A DNA stretch of 61,939 bases, the filler included, from Fonticula-like sp. SCN 57-25 (taxonomy: Eukaryota), in NCBI GenBank assembly GCA_001724245.1. It is 7 parts of 7 records of this genome, joined end to end, with 100 filler letters (N's around TTAATTAATTAA, not from the genome) between each part and the next. Parts side by side here need not be neighbours in the genome. Positions count along the whole stretch, not along the records: positions 26,655 to 35,423 come from MEDX01000289.1; positions 35,524 to 44,286 come from MEDX01000290.1; positions 44,387 to 53,123 come from MEDX01000291.1; 4 more parts are not named here. One strand, given 5' to 3'. This document shows, one piece after another, positions 33,401 through 45,645 of this stretch. Below the pieces are notes generated by a model. The model had not been told where the DNA came from, did not search any database, and was given only the letters and a program-made list of their open reading frames with translations. Position 1 is the stretch's first letter. Each line of letters starts with the position of its first letter. The translations under genes were made by a program, and so were the position numbers.

Positions 33401-35401
33401 TGAGCGTGTCGCGCTGAAAGTTGTGGGAGCGAGGGGACGACGCGCGGCCGTCCGGGATAAAGAGCGTGCGGTACTCGTTGTTGAGGTCGGTCAGGACCGT
33501 CATGAGGCGGTCCATGAGCGCCTGGTGCAGCGGGAGCCAGGGCAGCGGCACGGGCGAGTCAATCTGGTTGGCGTCGAGGTCGACGACGGCAATGTCGTCC
33601 GGGACGCTGTCGCTGTTCTGCAGTCGCTGGTACGTCTCGGTGGTCATGCCAAACACAAAGGGGACGATGGCCTGCAGAAAGTCGGCGAGCTGCTCCGTAA
33701 AGACGGGAATGTAGATGTTTGTCCAACGGAGCGGCAGAATGACAGAGATGAGCGACTCGAGAACGGGCGTGAGGAGGCACTCATTGTGGCTGTGCACGAC
33801 GACCTTGACCTCAAGCATAAGGAGGGACAGGAGCTGCACGACGTTGCGGACGCTCAGATAGCGAAAGATAAGGTCCGACGGGAAGCGCAGCAGCGGCATG
33901 TCGTCGCGGTCCGGCCGCCAAAACTTGATGTCGTGGTCGCCCACCGACATGGTCACGACGACGCGCGGCGGCGGCACGGGCACCTCAAAAAGATTGCTCA
34001 TGTGGCGCTCCCACGGGACCGACAGCGAGGCGCTCGTCAGCGTGTGCAGGTGCACCAGCGCCTCCTGAAAGTGGTGGTAAAAGGGCATCATCGAGATCGT
34101 GCAAAAGCTCTTGAGCGTGTAAAAGGGAACCTGGCGGCCGGAAATCGACGACGTCACGGTCGCCTCCTGCCGCTCGTAAAACTGTAGCGCCGTCACAAAG
34201 ACCGGCTCGCCCATCGCGTTCGTCAGCACGAAAGTCAGGAAGCGGCATCCGGATGGCGAGCGCCGGTACTGCGCGCCAAGCGGCTGGCAGAACATGGACA
34301 GCGCCACGGGGAGCGTCTGCTCCTTTGTGTCGGCCAGCGGGTAGCGGTCGAGCACCACTGGCGGCGCAGGGTACACGTACGCGCCGCCCATCGCCTCGCT
34401 ACTCAGGCTATAAGCGCCGTACAGCCGTACACTAGTGCCCTCGGGCGACAGCGACACAATATTGATCGGGTCCTCTTCGTGGTTTTCCTCCAGCAGCAGC
34501 GCGTCCGCCGACGACATGGTGTCCTGCAGCGTCACAATCACAGTTTCGCCCGACGGCTCCATGTCAAGCGACTTGAGGTCCGGCGCGCTCCTCGACGACT
34601 CAATAGGTGCGCTCGCCACCGAGCCAAAGCAGTCGTTCGCGAGCATTTCCGTAATGGTCGGGCCTTCGGGATCGCGCGCCGCACGGGACTCGTACTCTTT
34701 TTGCACGCCGGGCGCCAGCAGTACAAGATGTTGTAGCGCAAACGACTGGATGCTCCCAGAGCTGCTCTGGCTCACAGAGTCAATGTCCCGCCGCGAGCGC
34801 CGGAAGCAAAGCAAAAACGAGCGGCCGGTGCTCCCAAGATTGAACGCGCCATCGTTCCCCGCCACCGTGCGGCGAAGGGGGATGAGACCCTCTGGGCAGA
34901 CAAACTCGCCATTCTCGCCATACTCGACAAGGCGCACTTCCGCAACGGGGCGGCCAATCGACCCGCGCTTGTATGCAATATATGTCGGCGTCCGCACGCC
35001 ATCGTCCTGCGCGAGATTCACATTGGCCGCGAAACCGCGATGGGAGCTCGAAAGCAACTCGTAGTCAGGCGGAAACTACCGAGACGCAAGCAACGAGTTA
35101 GCACTGTGGAAGCGTACGACGCCCTCAACAAGAGGACAACGTGGCGTACGCGCTCTCCCAGTGTCGGCTTCACGATGACGATATCTGTTATGGGTTCGTC
35201 CGATGGGCCGCGGGCCGCCCGCTCAAAGAAGCGGACGTGCGGAGCACCGGAACCGTCGACCTCGCCCAAACGGACATGCGCATCGCTGGGGTCGAGCTCG
35301 CGTGCTTCCTCGCTAGGAGAGGTTGCCTGGTCGGTGAAACCAACGACGGCGACAAAGTCCAGCACGCAGCGGATCTTTTCGCCCTCGTCGTCGTCGGCCA
35401 T
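30407..35401 (-). CDS. DENND4: DENN-domain Rab GEF, DENND4/CRAG-like (MABP, uDENN-DENN-dDENN, PPR, C-terminal domain)
   Basis: EPITDIVIV and FLLCFRR (MABP); VLDRYP...LSMFCQPLG; PLRWTNIYIP, VPFVFG, VDLDAN (DENN); PPR VYQCLLEVCGRRG; CPGC...HPLLFWNCVYYF. Short introns near 35140 and 33150. Confidence 0.88.
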
Positions 35402-35423
35402 CGACGCGGAGGTATGTTTTATG

Positions 35424-35523
35424 NNNNNNNNNNNNNNNNNNNNNNNNNNNNNNNNNNNNNNNNNNNNTTAATTAATTAANNNNNNNNNNNNNNNNNNNNN
35501 NNNNNNNNNNNNNNNNNNNNNNN
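35424..35523. other. Artificial contig linker
   Basis: N44-TTAATTAATTAA-N44. Confidence 0.98.
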
Positions 35524-35569
35524 AGTGTTAGCTCAGAGGGTGCGTTTGCTACAACTCTATTGTCTGCAG

Positions 35570-36785
35570 CTTACATCTTGAAGGTCCGAGCGGGTCGTAT
35601 GCAGAGGCCGTCGCGTACCTCAAGGGTTTGTGCGAGACGCTAGGTCTCGAGACGCAGGTTCATGAGTTTTCCGCTGGTCGACCGGTGCTGGTTGCGCTGT
35701 GGCGCGGCCGCTCTGACAACCTTGGTCGTGTACTACTTCACAGCCATTACGATGTTGTCCCTGCCTTTCCTGCGAGCTGGGCGTCCGATCCGTTTGTCCC
35801 CGTCGTAAAAGATGGTCGAATCTATGCACGCGGAACGCAGGACATGAAGTGTGTTTCCATGCAGTATATCGAGGCGATTGCAGCCATTCAGCGCGCGAAT
35901 GCAACGAACGTGTCCCCCTTTGAGCGCACCATTGCGTTGTCGTTTACACCGGATGAAGAAGTGGGCGGCGTGGAGGGCGCGGGGTTGTTTGTTGCTTCTC
36001 CCGCTTTTCAAGAACTCCGAGCCGCGGTGGGTCTGGACGAGGGGCTTGCAAACCCAGAGGACGCCTTTACTGTGTTTTATGGGGAGAGGGCGCCTTGGTG
36101 GGTCACTGTGCGGGCGAATGGAGCGACCGGCCACGGCAGCAGATTCATTGCCGGCACTGCCGTCGAGAAGCTGCTAAAGTTCATCAATGCCGCCATGGCG
36201 TTCCGTGCCGAGCAAGAGGCGCGTCTACACGCTGACAAAGGTTGTTCTCACGCGGCCCGCTTGGGAGACGTGGTCACGGTGAATCTCACTATGCTTAAGG
36301 CGGGCGTGGCCGGCTCCCCGGCCATGGGCGGATACGCGCTGAACGTGATCCCCGAAGAGGCGTACGCGGGCTTTGATATTCGAATCCCCCCGAGCGTTCC
36401 TATGGACGAAATGCAGTCTATTATTGAGACGTGGCGCGGAGGCGACGATAGCATCGAGGTTTTATTCAACGTACGTGTTCCGGAGCACTGCGTCACAAAC
36501 ATTGAACCTGTGGCCAGTGGCGGCACGCCGTGGTGGCCGCCGCTTCTTGATGCAATTTCCAATGCTGGTGAGATAAAGGTCGTCACGGAGGTGTTCCCTG
36601 CGGCGACCGATGGGCGGTTCTTTAGAAAGGCCAAAGTCCCAGTCTTTGGGTTCAGTCCCATTCGCAACACGCCCATCCTCCTTCACGACCACAACGAGTT
36701 CCTCCCCGTGGACGTCTTCATGCAAGGTATTGAGGTGTACACGCGTGTCCTGAAGTCGCTCGCGAGCAACGTTGAACTGCCATGA
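35570..36785 (+). CDS. ACY1: Aminoacylase-1 (M20 metallopeptidase family); first exon missing
   Basis: LHSHYDVVP, YARGTQDMK, PDEEVGG, LDEGLA, FPAATDGRF and LLHDHNE motifs; begins after a CTGCAG acceptor. Confidence 0.93.
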
Positions 36786-36952
36786 GTCTGTTCGAGGGTG
36801 TTATTTCTTTAGCTTGTATTGCCAAAGGGCTGTGAATCGAATTGCGACCACAGTTACCATACTAAATACTACAGATTCCATACTGAACTGATACTTAAAT
36901 GATCCAATGCACTGTCATTTAATTTCCTTGACTCAAATGGCCTTGCGATTCG

Positions 36953-38251
36953 CTAAACAAACGTATTGAACCAAGTAGGGACACTCTCAACTGCTTCAGC
37001 GATCCACTCGTGTGTGCAGTTGGCGCAGTAAATAATGGTATTCGTAATGTTTTGCTTGGTGAGCGCGGCAGCATAGTCCTCCATCGTGTATGGGGGCACA
37101 ATATAGTCCTTCTCCCCGTGCAAAAACAGAGTCGGAGGGTGGTCGTCAGGCAGCTCGGGGGTTACGCAAATCGGCCCGACGCAGGTCGCGTACGCACCGG
37201 AATGCACGGCCAATGCCTTGAAGCGGCCGCGATAGCTGACCGCCATGCGTGAAGTCATGTACCCACCGGACGAAATGCCCGTTGCGTACAGGCGGTCGCT
37301 GTTGAGCGGACCAAACACGCCGTCCGGCCCATCAATCTGCTCGAGCAACCACTTGACATAGTAGTGGTCCGGTGCAATGTCCCACCAGAGGCTGAACGGA
37401 GGCACATTCGTGTTCCAGAACAGGAACCCAGTCAAGTGACTTTCGGGCGTCAGCACAGCAAACCCTCCATCCAGCAGCGACTTGATAGTTTCCGTCTGGA
37501 AGTAGGCCCCAAAGGGATAGCCACGCCGAGCGCGCCACGAAAACAGATGAGGCGCAAAGAAGGAGCCATGGTAGTGAATCGCTGTAGGCCACCCGCTCTC
37601 AGGAACCGCACCAAGAGGCGTCTGCCACAAATAAGTGCGGTATGAAATTCCAATGAACACACTGCCCTCATTGCGCTCGCAGTCGATAATGTTGCCGTCG
37701 TCTTCATAGGAGCAGCGCGACTCGGTTTCGTTGTTGGTAGACGAGAAGCCCCGCAAACGAGAAACAAAATTGGTGGCTGACGGAAGACGACCTGCGTCAA
37801 CTACCATAAGCACTCCAACAGGAATAGAGACGCCGTCGCTATAATGGGCAGTGGGAAGACAAGCGGCGTCAAAGGGAAGGGCCCTGGGGAAAGCCAAGTG
37901 AAGCGAATACACTGCGCTCAGCCATTGAAACTCGAGTGCCCCAGCAAAGTCCTCATCCTGACCCACGGCCGCCGCCGCATCATCAAAGCGTGTCATTTCG
38001 GCCTCCTCAAGTTCGGCAAGAAATTCGCCCAGGTAGGCCGACAGACCGTCCACCTTGAAGAGATTCGTGGACGCGTCCTCCCAAGCGAGGCATCCTAATG
38101 CCTTTGGGCCCGCTGCACGCACAGCATTAGCGGCTTCGTGCTCGAACGGTCCTTTGCAAAACACGTCAGAGCCTTCACTTTCCACTTTGCAAAGAGCATT
38201 GCTTGCCGCCACCAGAGCGAGAAGCACAGCGAGGAAGGGTAGCTTGGTCAT
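36953..38251 (-). CDS. Secreted alpha/beta-hydrolase homologous to bacterial extracellular mcl-PHA depolymerase (PhaZ), with an extra N-terminal domain
   Basis: Signal peptide; QTPLG...GWP, HGSFF, FWNTN, FGPLN, YATGISSGGYMTSRMAVS (lipase box), SGAYATCVGPICV, HPPTLFLHG..D and HEW. Confidence 0.8.
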   Translation of the reverse strand: MTKLPFLAVLLALVAASNALCKVESEGSDVFCKGPFEHEAANAVRAAGPKALGCLAWEDASTNLFKVDGLSAYLGEFLAELEEAEMTRFDDAAAAVGQDEDFAGALEFQWLSAVYSLHLAFPRALPFDAACLPTAHYSDGVSIPVGVLMVVDAGRLPSATNFVSRLRGFSSTNNETESRCSYEDDGNIIDCERNEGSVFIGISYRTYLWQTPLGAVPESGWPTAIHYHGSFFAPHLFSWRARRGYPFGAYFQTETIKSLLDGGFAVLTPESHLTGFLFWNTNVPPFSLWWDIAPDHYYVKWLLEQIDGPDGVFGPLNSDRLYATGISSGGYMTSRMAVSYRGRFKALAVHSGAYATCVGPICVTPELPDDHPPTLFLHGEKDYIVPPYTMEDYAAALTKQNITNTIIYCANCTHEWIAEAVESVPTWFNTFV

Positions 38252-38689
38252 GGTCGAGGGTGCCTTTCGTCTAGGCAGCGTCTCGGCAGCGTCTCCTTGT
38301 TACCCCCGTACTTTTACTACTGATACCCATCAAACCGGTTTTGATGACCATCAAGGGCCGACCGACCATCATAGCTGCGGGTATGTGTGATGTCTAATAA
38401 TTGTAATACCATTCGCATGCGTGTGACCACCATCATTCAAGCCACTGCGGTGTTGAGTACGGGGCCATAAATAATATCCTCTAATTATTTATTCGCATGC
38501 CATGGATAATGGAATGTGCGCTATAATTCCAGGCTGAACGTACATGTCCAAACAGATATCGGCTATCTAATGTCCCAACACACAATAATATACTCGTCAA
38601 GGCACATAGCCCAAAAACAAGGAAAACAGAGTAACTAAAAAGGAGGCCGAGGATGCAGCAAACAAAGTACATCCAGCCGCGGTTCTAAA

Positions 38690-41600
38690 CTAACGAATGG
38701 ATTGCGAGGACGAGCTGGCACCATTCAATGGGGGAGGAACCGGGATGGGCGACGTCAGTGGTGGCGGAACCCCAGCGCGGTTGGTCATTGACCGGGGATC
38801 CACAGCGCGAGTGTTCAGCGGCGGAGGAGCCCCGCCAAGCGGCGAGGGAATACCGGCCAGCGGCGCAGGAATTCCAGCATAGGTCGGGGGCGGCGGAAGT
38901 CCAGTGGAAGGGGCCCGCGACAAGGGAAGAGGAACTCCTGGCCGCGCGGACGACGTCGTCGGCGATTGCATCGAAGGTTCAACCGAGAGCAGGTTGGAGT
39001 GCACGGTTTGAGCCGTCATACGAATGTCCATACGGGCGATTGTGCAGCCGTTGATGAGATTGACAAACATCGAGCGGATGTCGTCAGGGACTGTCGGAGG
39101 CGGCGTTTCCATAAAGAAGTGCGCGCAGGTGGCAGTCTCAATCTCGTCGTCGCTTGCATCGCCCCACGGAATCATGCGCATGTACAGCTCCCAGAGGACC
39201 ACGCCAAGCGCAAACATATCGGCGGCGCGGTCATCGATGCCGGTTGCAGGAATCCCAGGGTGGCGATAGCGAATAATGAGCTCAGGCGAAGCATAGCGGA
39301 TGTCGAGCTTTGAAACCGTCTTGTTCGGGGTGGGGTCCGAATCACCCCGCGCATCATGGAAGTCCGCGATGACAGGCACAGGGTAAGGCGAGAGGGACGA
39401 TGTTGCGTTCAGCAGGATGTTGGTGGACTTGATGCCGCGGTGGGCAATGTTCATGCTATGAATCGCATGAAGGCCAGCCGCCACGCCGGAACCAAGGAAG
39501 TGCAGCAACGGTGACTCGAGCGGCGGTGCCTTCTCTCCCTTGTGCAGGTAGCGATGGAGATTGATGGGGTACGAGCGCACGATGATGGTGCGCGGCTCCA
39601 GTGTGTAGCCAGCGAGGGCAACAATGTTCTGATGGAACGAAAGAGACCACATCAGATCGAGCTCGCGCAGGAACACCTCGCCGTTCTCCTCATCACTCAG
39701 AGCAGGGTTCGCCTCAAGCTCCTCGACCACGACGTCGGTGTAGCCGACGCGATCCACAATACGCTGGGCCAACAAGCGACCGCGAGAGAGGGAGCCTCGG
39801 CCGTGGCGAGCAGCGATAAGGGAGCCGACCTGGAGATCCGACGAGAAATCGCACTGGAGGTAGGGCGCAAGGCCGGCACCGGCCGACTTGACAGGCTTGC
39901 TTGTCTCCTCGCTGCTGCCGACAGACATCTGCGACATGGTAAACGACGGATTCGAGTCCCCAAGAAGCATGGTGCGGCTACGCTCCTCGCGATAAGCGCG
40001 CATCGCCTGCAGACCAGTCTCGCCTCCGAAGCGCTCAAACTTTTCCTTCGTTTTGCTCTTCTGCCGACGAATCAAAATAATCACAATCACGACGAGGATG
40101 AGAGCAAACACGACGGCGCCAGCACTTGCGCCAGCGATAATGGTGCCGCTAACGCCAAGACCAGGATCTGATACACGAGTAAGTTACCGAACCACACAGT
40201 TCAAGAGCAAAAACATACCGGTGGCCTCATGGCTGGATGCAACTGTAGACATCTGGGTACGAGATCCGGTGCTTTCTGTCGTATTTCCAAGGCCGGCCAA
40301 AACGAGCACCACGTAGCTGACGCCGGGTTCGAGATTCTCGATGGTAGCAATGCCTTCAGAAGCCGGCACATCGCCACTGATAATAAACCCATCCGATGCG
40401 TCGCGGACATCGTTACTCGACACGTAGCAGATTCGATAAAACTCTGCCTCAGCAGACGCTGTCCAGCTAAAGGAAAGGGAGGAATTGGTCGCCCCCTCAA
40501 GACGCAGAGCTCCCGGCGGAGAAATCTCAGTCTTGGCCGAAATAGTCATTGAAGCGAGGTCACTGTACGTATCTTCCAGGCCAGCGGTGACGCGGAACGA
40601 ATACTGCGAGTTGGGCGAGAGGCCAACAACCACATACTCGGGGGAAAGCAAATTAATTCCTCCACCGGTATTGGCCACCTGGAAGGCGGAAACGGCCGTA
40701 CCCACCTCGACCCTGTAGGAGGTTTCGTTGGTGACATTGTGCGACTGCCACATAAGCTTCACCGAGTTGGACGTGCGAGAAGCAACGGCCAAGTCGTAAA
40801 CCAAGCCGCCACTTTCCACGGGGAGGAGAGTGCACGGGTTCTCAAAGGAAGCCTCCCACTCGCCAGTAGCGGTGCACGTGCGCATCGGCGGGCCAGACTC
40901 TGAAACTTCATAGCCTGTTGGACACGTGCCAACGGAAACCATTCCAGGGGCAGTGGAGGGGAAATAGGTCATTCCGAGAGTCTCGCTGGGGCAGTTATCA
41001 TACTTGATCTGGCAAGGGTTCTCGATAGTGCTGTTCCAGGCGCCGTTCAACTGGCAGACTCGAACAGGAGTACCTGCGTAGCCCGAGACGCAGCTGCCGA
41101 CCGCAACAAGACCCGCTCCCGTCGCATTCCAGTTTGCGTTTCCATCCACACTCTGCGGACAGTATAGCACATCGCAGTTGTTTTGGATTTGGCCCCAGTT
41201 GCCAGAGGCGTCACAGGCTCGAGATGGGGTGCCAAAGAAGCCAGCCATACACTCGCCCGCAATGTTTGGCAGATTCGCATCCGCCGCAGGCCAGTCGGCA
41301 TTGCCGTCCTGAACAGCGGGGCACACAAGACGAACGCAGGGATTAATAATCCCCTCCCAATTGCCGTTAATGTCGCAAAGGCGAGAAGGGCTGCCCGCAA
41401 AGCCGACTTCACAGGTGGCAGCGGCAAGGCGCCCGGCTTCGGTGGTGGGCCAGGCGGGATTCCCCACGCCGGAAACCTGTCCGGCGCAGGTACGGGGGAC
41501 GCAAGGGTTCTCGATGGCGCTCCATGTGCCTGAGACCGTACATTGACGCAACGGTTCGCCGGTAAACCCAGGCGGGCATGTTCCAGCAACGAGACTGCTG

Positions 41601-44286
41601 CTCGGGGTTCCGGAAGGCCAATCGCCGTCGGCGTCGCTCAGGGCAGGACACACCGCTTGGACGCAAGGGTTGCGAACTTCAGAGAATGTACCAAACTCGG
41701 AACAGTTGCGTCTCGGCGAACCATGCCAGCCGGATGCGCACACGCCTGCAACATCGTTGGTCATGGACAAAGCAGATGGCCATTCCGCATTCTCAAAAGT
41801 CACCGCAGCACAGACAAGGCGATCGCAAGAACCAGTAACCTCGCTCCAAATTCCCTGCGCGGTGCATGAACGAGTAGGGGCCGTCTCTCCTCCGTATCCC
41901 GTAAGGCAGCGCCCAACAGCGACGGAGCCGGCGTTGATACCCGTCCATTCAATGTTGTTCTCAGTAACAGCGTCGCACACGATCTCCTCGCAGGTACCCT
42001 GAACAGCGCCCCAGAGACCATCCATAGAGCACACGCGGGTAACCGTTCCATAGTAGTTGGCGTGGCACGATCCCGTAACAGCAGCCCCGGCAGTTGTGCG
42101 CGGCCACGAAGACGTCGACTCGGTCACGGCGGAGCATTCCACAATAGTGCACGGATCCTGGATGGTACCCCATTCGCCAGTAATACTGCAGGCGCGCACA
42201 GGATCGCCTCGGTAGCCGGTCATGCACGAGCCGCCAGCAGTGGAGCCGGCCGTCATGCTTGGCCACGAAGCGTGGCCATCTTCGTCAATTGACGGGCACC
42301 AAATTTGTTCACAGGCAGGCTCCGGCACCGACCACACCAATTCGTAGGAGCATGAGCGAGAGGGTGATCCTTGATAACCAGCCACGCAGGTTCCTGAAAC
42401 GGAGGAACCAGACTGGAGGCTACTTGGCCACGTTGAGAAAAAGGAGCCATAGCTGGGAGACGCGTCGGTGCAGTGTGTCGGCAGACAGGGATCCGCAATA
42501 TCCGAGCCCCAGCGACCCGAGTCGTCACAGAGACGGGACGGGGTACTAGCGGATGCGAATCCTGTGACACACGTGCCGAAAACAGTAACATTTGACGTTT
42601 CCGGCATCTCCCAATCCGCATTGTGGTCATCAAAGAGGGCAGCGCAAGGGAGCGAGCTGCACGCGTTGTTCACGGCCGACCACGTGCCGTTCGCCGAGCA
42701 GCTGCGAGTGGGGAAGCCAGAGGTCTCCGGGTCGCACACGCCCGCTACCGCCGCCGTTCCAGCTTTCACCGACACCCACGAGGCCTTTGCAGCCGCGTCG
42801 TACGAAGCAGGGCAGTAGAGCTGGACGCACGAGCCTGAAATGCCCCCCCACGCTCCGTTGAGTCCACAGGAGCGGGTGGGAGTGCCGGACAAGCCTGCGT
42901 TGCAAGAGCCTGCTACGACAGTCGATCCAGCATTAGATGCGGGCCAAGACGCAAGCTGCTCAACAGTGGCAGGGCACTTGATCTGGGTGCACGTATTGAC
43001 GATCGCGCCGAAAACGCCGTCCGCATTGCAAGAGCGGGTGGGAGCACCAGAAAAGCCCGGAATACACTGTCCCGCTACTGATTCGAGCGAGTTCGTCTGC
43101 GCCCAGACAGCATTTCCTTCGGTGGTGCCGCTGCAGATGTTTCGAGTGCACACGGCGGTAAGAGAGCCCCACTCACCGGAAAGCAGGCACGAGCGCTTAG
43201 CGGGACCGGAATAGCCAGCAGTGCAGGTACCGTTAACGTCAGCGGTGCCGGCGGTAGCAACCGGCCAATTGGCCTGGTCAAGAAAACCAGCTGCACAGAC
43301 GACCTGCACACAGGGGCGGGACGTGGTCGACGCCCACGTTCCGCTCTCGCTGCACGCCCGCGTGGGACTTCCGCTGTAGCCGGCGACGCAGGTGCCCGTC
43401 GCGATGGTGTTGGAGGGTGTTAGGGCCGGCCACGAGGCGTTCTCAAATGAATCGGCCGGACAATAATTGCGCGTGCATGGCGAAGAGACCTCGGGCGACC
43501 AAGAACCGTAAATTTCGCAGCTGCGGGTTGGATTCCCCGAGTAGCCGGAGCGGCAAACACCCGTGGCAACCAAGCCAGCAACAGTCAAAGGCCAATCGGC
43601 GTTGGAATATTCGGTTTGCGCAGGACAAGAGAGCTGCATGCATTCGCCAACAATCGACAGCGCCCAAGACCCGGAGGCACTACACGTTCGCTGAGGATTG
43701 CCGGAATATCCCGCAAAGCAGGTGCCCATTGCAGTTGAAAATGCAGGCGTAGACGGCCAATCCACGTTGTTCATGACGTCCTCCATAGGCGCGCAAACAT
43801 TCTGCGTGCAAGGTGACGTCACAGGACCCCACGTGCCGGACAAGGTGCAGTCAGACTTTGGCGAACCAGAGTAGCCAGCGACACATGTGCCAGAGGCAGT
43901 AGTTTGGCTGTTGACTTGGGGGAAGCTAGCCGTGCCAATCGTAGTTGCCGGGCAAGTAATCCGAGTGCAGGGGTTGGTGACCTCTGACCATACGCCCAAA
44001 TCGCTGCAGGTACGCCGAGGTCCGCTCGACTTGTAACCCGACAAACAAACGCCATCGGCCGAGGTCCCAGCATTCGTCAAGGGGAATGATGCAAAGCCCG
44101 CGCTCGCGTCGGCGGGACAAGTTCTCTCTGAAACAAACGTTAGGAAGACGTCGTGCAGGGCCAAGGAAAACGCACTGGTGCATTGATTCTGAACTGCACC
44201 CCACACCCGGTTCGTGCACAACGATTTCGGCGCTCCTTGGAACGTTGGCAAGCAAGTTCCCGTGGCCGTGACGCCGCTGTTCGTAA
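38690..44286 (-). CDS. Single-pass receptor-like pseudokinase: >=20 HormR/sushi-like Cys repeats, 2 FN3, TM, TKL-like kinase fold, Pro-rich tail; 5' truncated
   Basis: ORFs 40184-44251 and 38690-40111 join via intron 40168-40218; in-frame intron at 44128-44175. Repeat consensus C-x-WP-x-T-x-G-x-C-xx-GY-x-G-x-P-x-R-x-C-xxx-G-x-W-x-C. Kinase motifs are HRGIKSTNIL, ADFH and RYASPEL. Confidence 0.85.
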
Positions 44287-44386
44287 NNNNNNNNNNNNNN
44301 NNNNNNNNNNNNNNNNNNNNNNNNNNNNNNTTAATTAATTAANNNNNNNNNNNNNNNNNNNNNNNNNNNNNNNNNNNNNNNNNNNN
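44287..44386. other. Artificial contig linker
   Basis: N44-TTAATTAATTAA-N44. Confidence 0.98.
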
Positions 44387-45645
44387 ATCGCCGCCGGCGG
44401 CGAACCAGATGGAAAAGTCGTCGTGGACGGCGGCAATGTCGACCGCGTCGCCGGCGTTGACGGCCGATGGGGTGGGAAGGCAGCAGGCAACCTGCATCCA
44501 GTGGTCGCGCCACCCACCGCTGCGGCGGTTTCCGACGCCGACGGCGGGCGCCGTGGTCAGCGTAACGCCGGGGGCGAGCGTCAAAGTCCACCAGTAGACG
44601 ACCGCGTGAACCGTGCCAGCGGCCGTCGCGGGGACCGAAAGGCGGCGCACGTACGTCCCGTCAAGCGGCGGGTTACTAAAATCAAATTGGAATGCCTCAA
44701 AGGGCGCGCTCAGTGGGCGGAGATGCGATCCGGCGGCGAGAGCGTCCGCTTGGATGGAGAGCGGCGATGCGGGGCCGCGGCAGGGCGGCGTCGAAAAGAG
44801 CGGGCGGCCAAACGGGCCCGACACGTCGTCCATCCGGAACGTCGACGAAAGCAGAGTGCTCTCGACGAGCATGCCGTGCACGACGGCGCTGCTCGGCAGC
44901 ACGGTCGCGCCGGGGCTAAGTAGCTCCTTCCAAGCGTGGCGGAGACTGGAAGAGTGCGTTAGCGCAGAGTTAACAAGCGGCGGACGCACGTCGGCAGGAT
45001 GCCCTCGCCAAGCAGCTCAGAGTCAAAGATCTCCGTCACGAGGACGTCGGCGCGCCGCGGGAGATCGCTCGGCACAGACAGCGCGTCCGACCGACGAGGG
45101 ATCACCGTGATGATGTCGTCGAGGCCGTTGTGCGCCACGATCCGCTGCGCGGCGCGCGCGACGACGGGAAACACTTCGCACGCAGTGACGCGCTCGACAC
45201 GAGTACCGCCCTGCGCAGATGGTTAGCGGGACCGGACTGGACGGGGGGCGTACCAGGCGCGCTGCCAGCATGGCAAGGAGGCCGCTGCCGGTTCCAATGT
45301 CCAGCACGTGGGAGCGGGCCCCATCGCCGAGCTCGTGAAAGGCGGCGCGGAGACCCTGTAGCGCAGTATAAGTACACTGAATACGACGGCGGCGAGCGTA
45401 CATTGGCGTAGGCATCATTGCGTTCGTGGTCGTTTAGCATGTCCTACATCGTGGCGTGTAAGATGGGGGGATCATGGTGATCTATTGTGTACCAAGTGCA
45501 TCGACGCCGCGACGCCGTCGTTCGTCTCCTCGTCAGAGTCCTCGGCATCGCTCTCGCCCTGTTCCTGCGCGCCGTCCCCCTCGACAGAGTCTCGCGCGAC
45601 CCACTCGACCTCGCCCGTCACGACATTCCGCCGCGCCACAAACAT
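44387..45645 (-). CDS. PRMT7: Protein arginine methyltransferase 7-like; 3' truncated
   Basis: MFVARRNVVTGEVEW start, DMLNDHERN, VLDIGTGSGLLAM, VTACEVF, VTEIFDSELLGEG and WRDHWMQ; several short introns. Confidence 0.9.
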
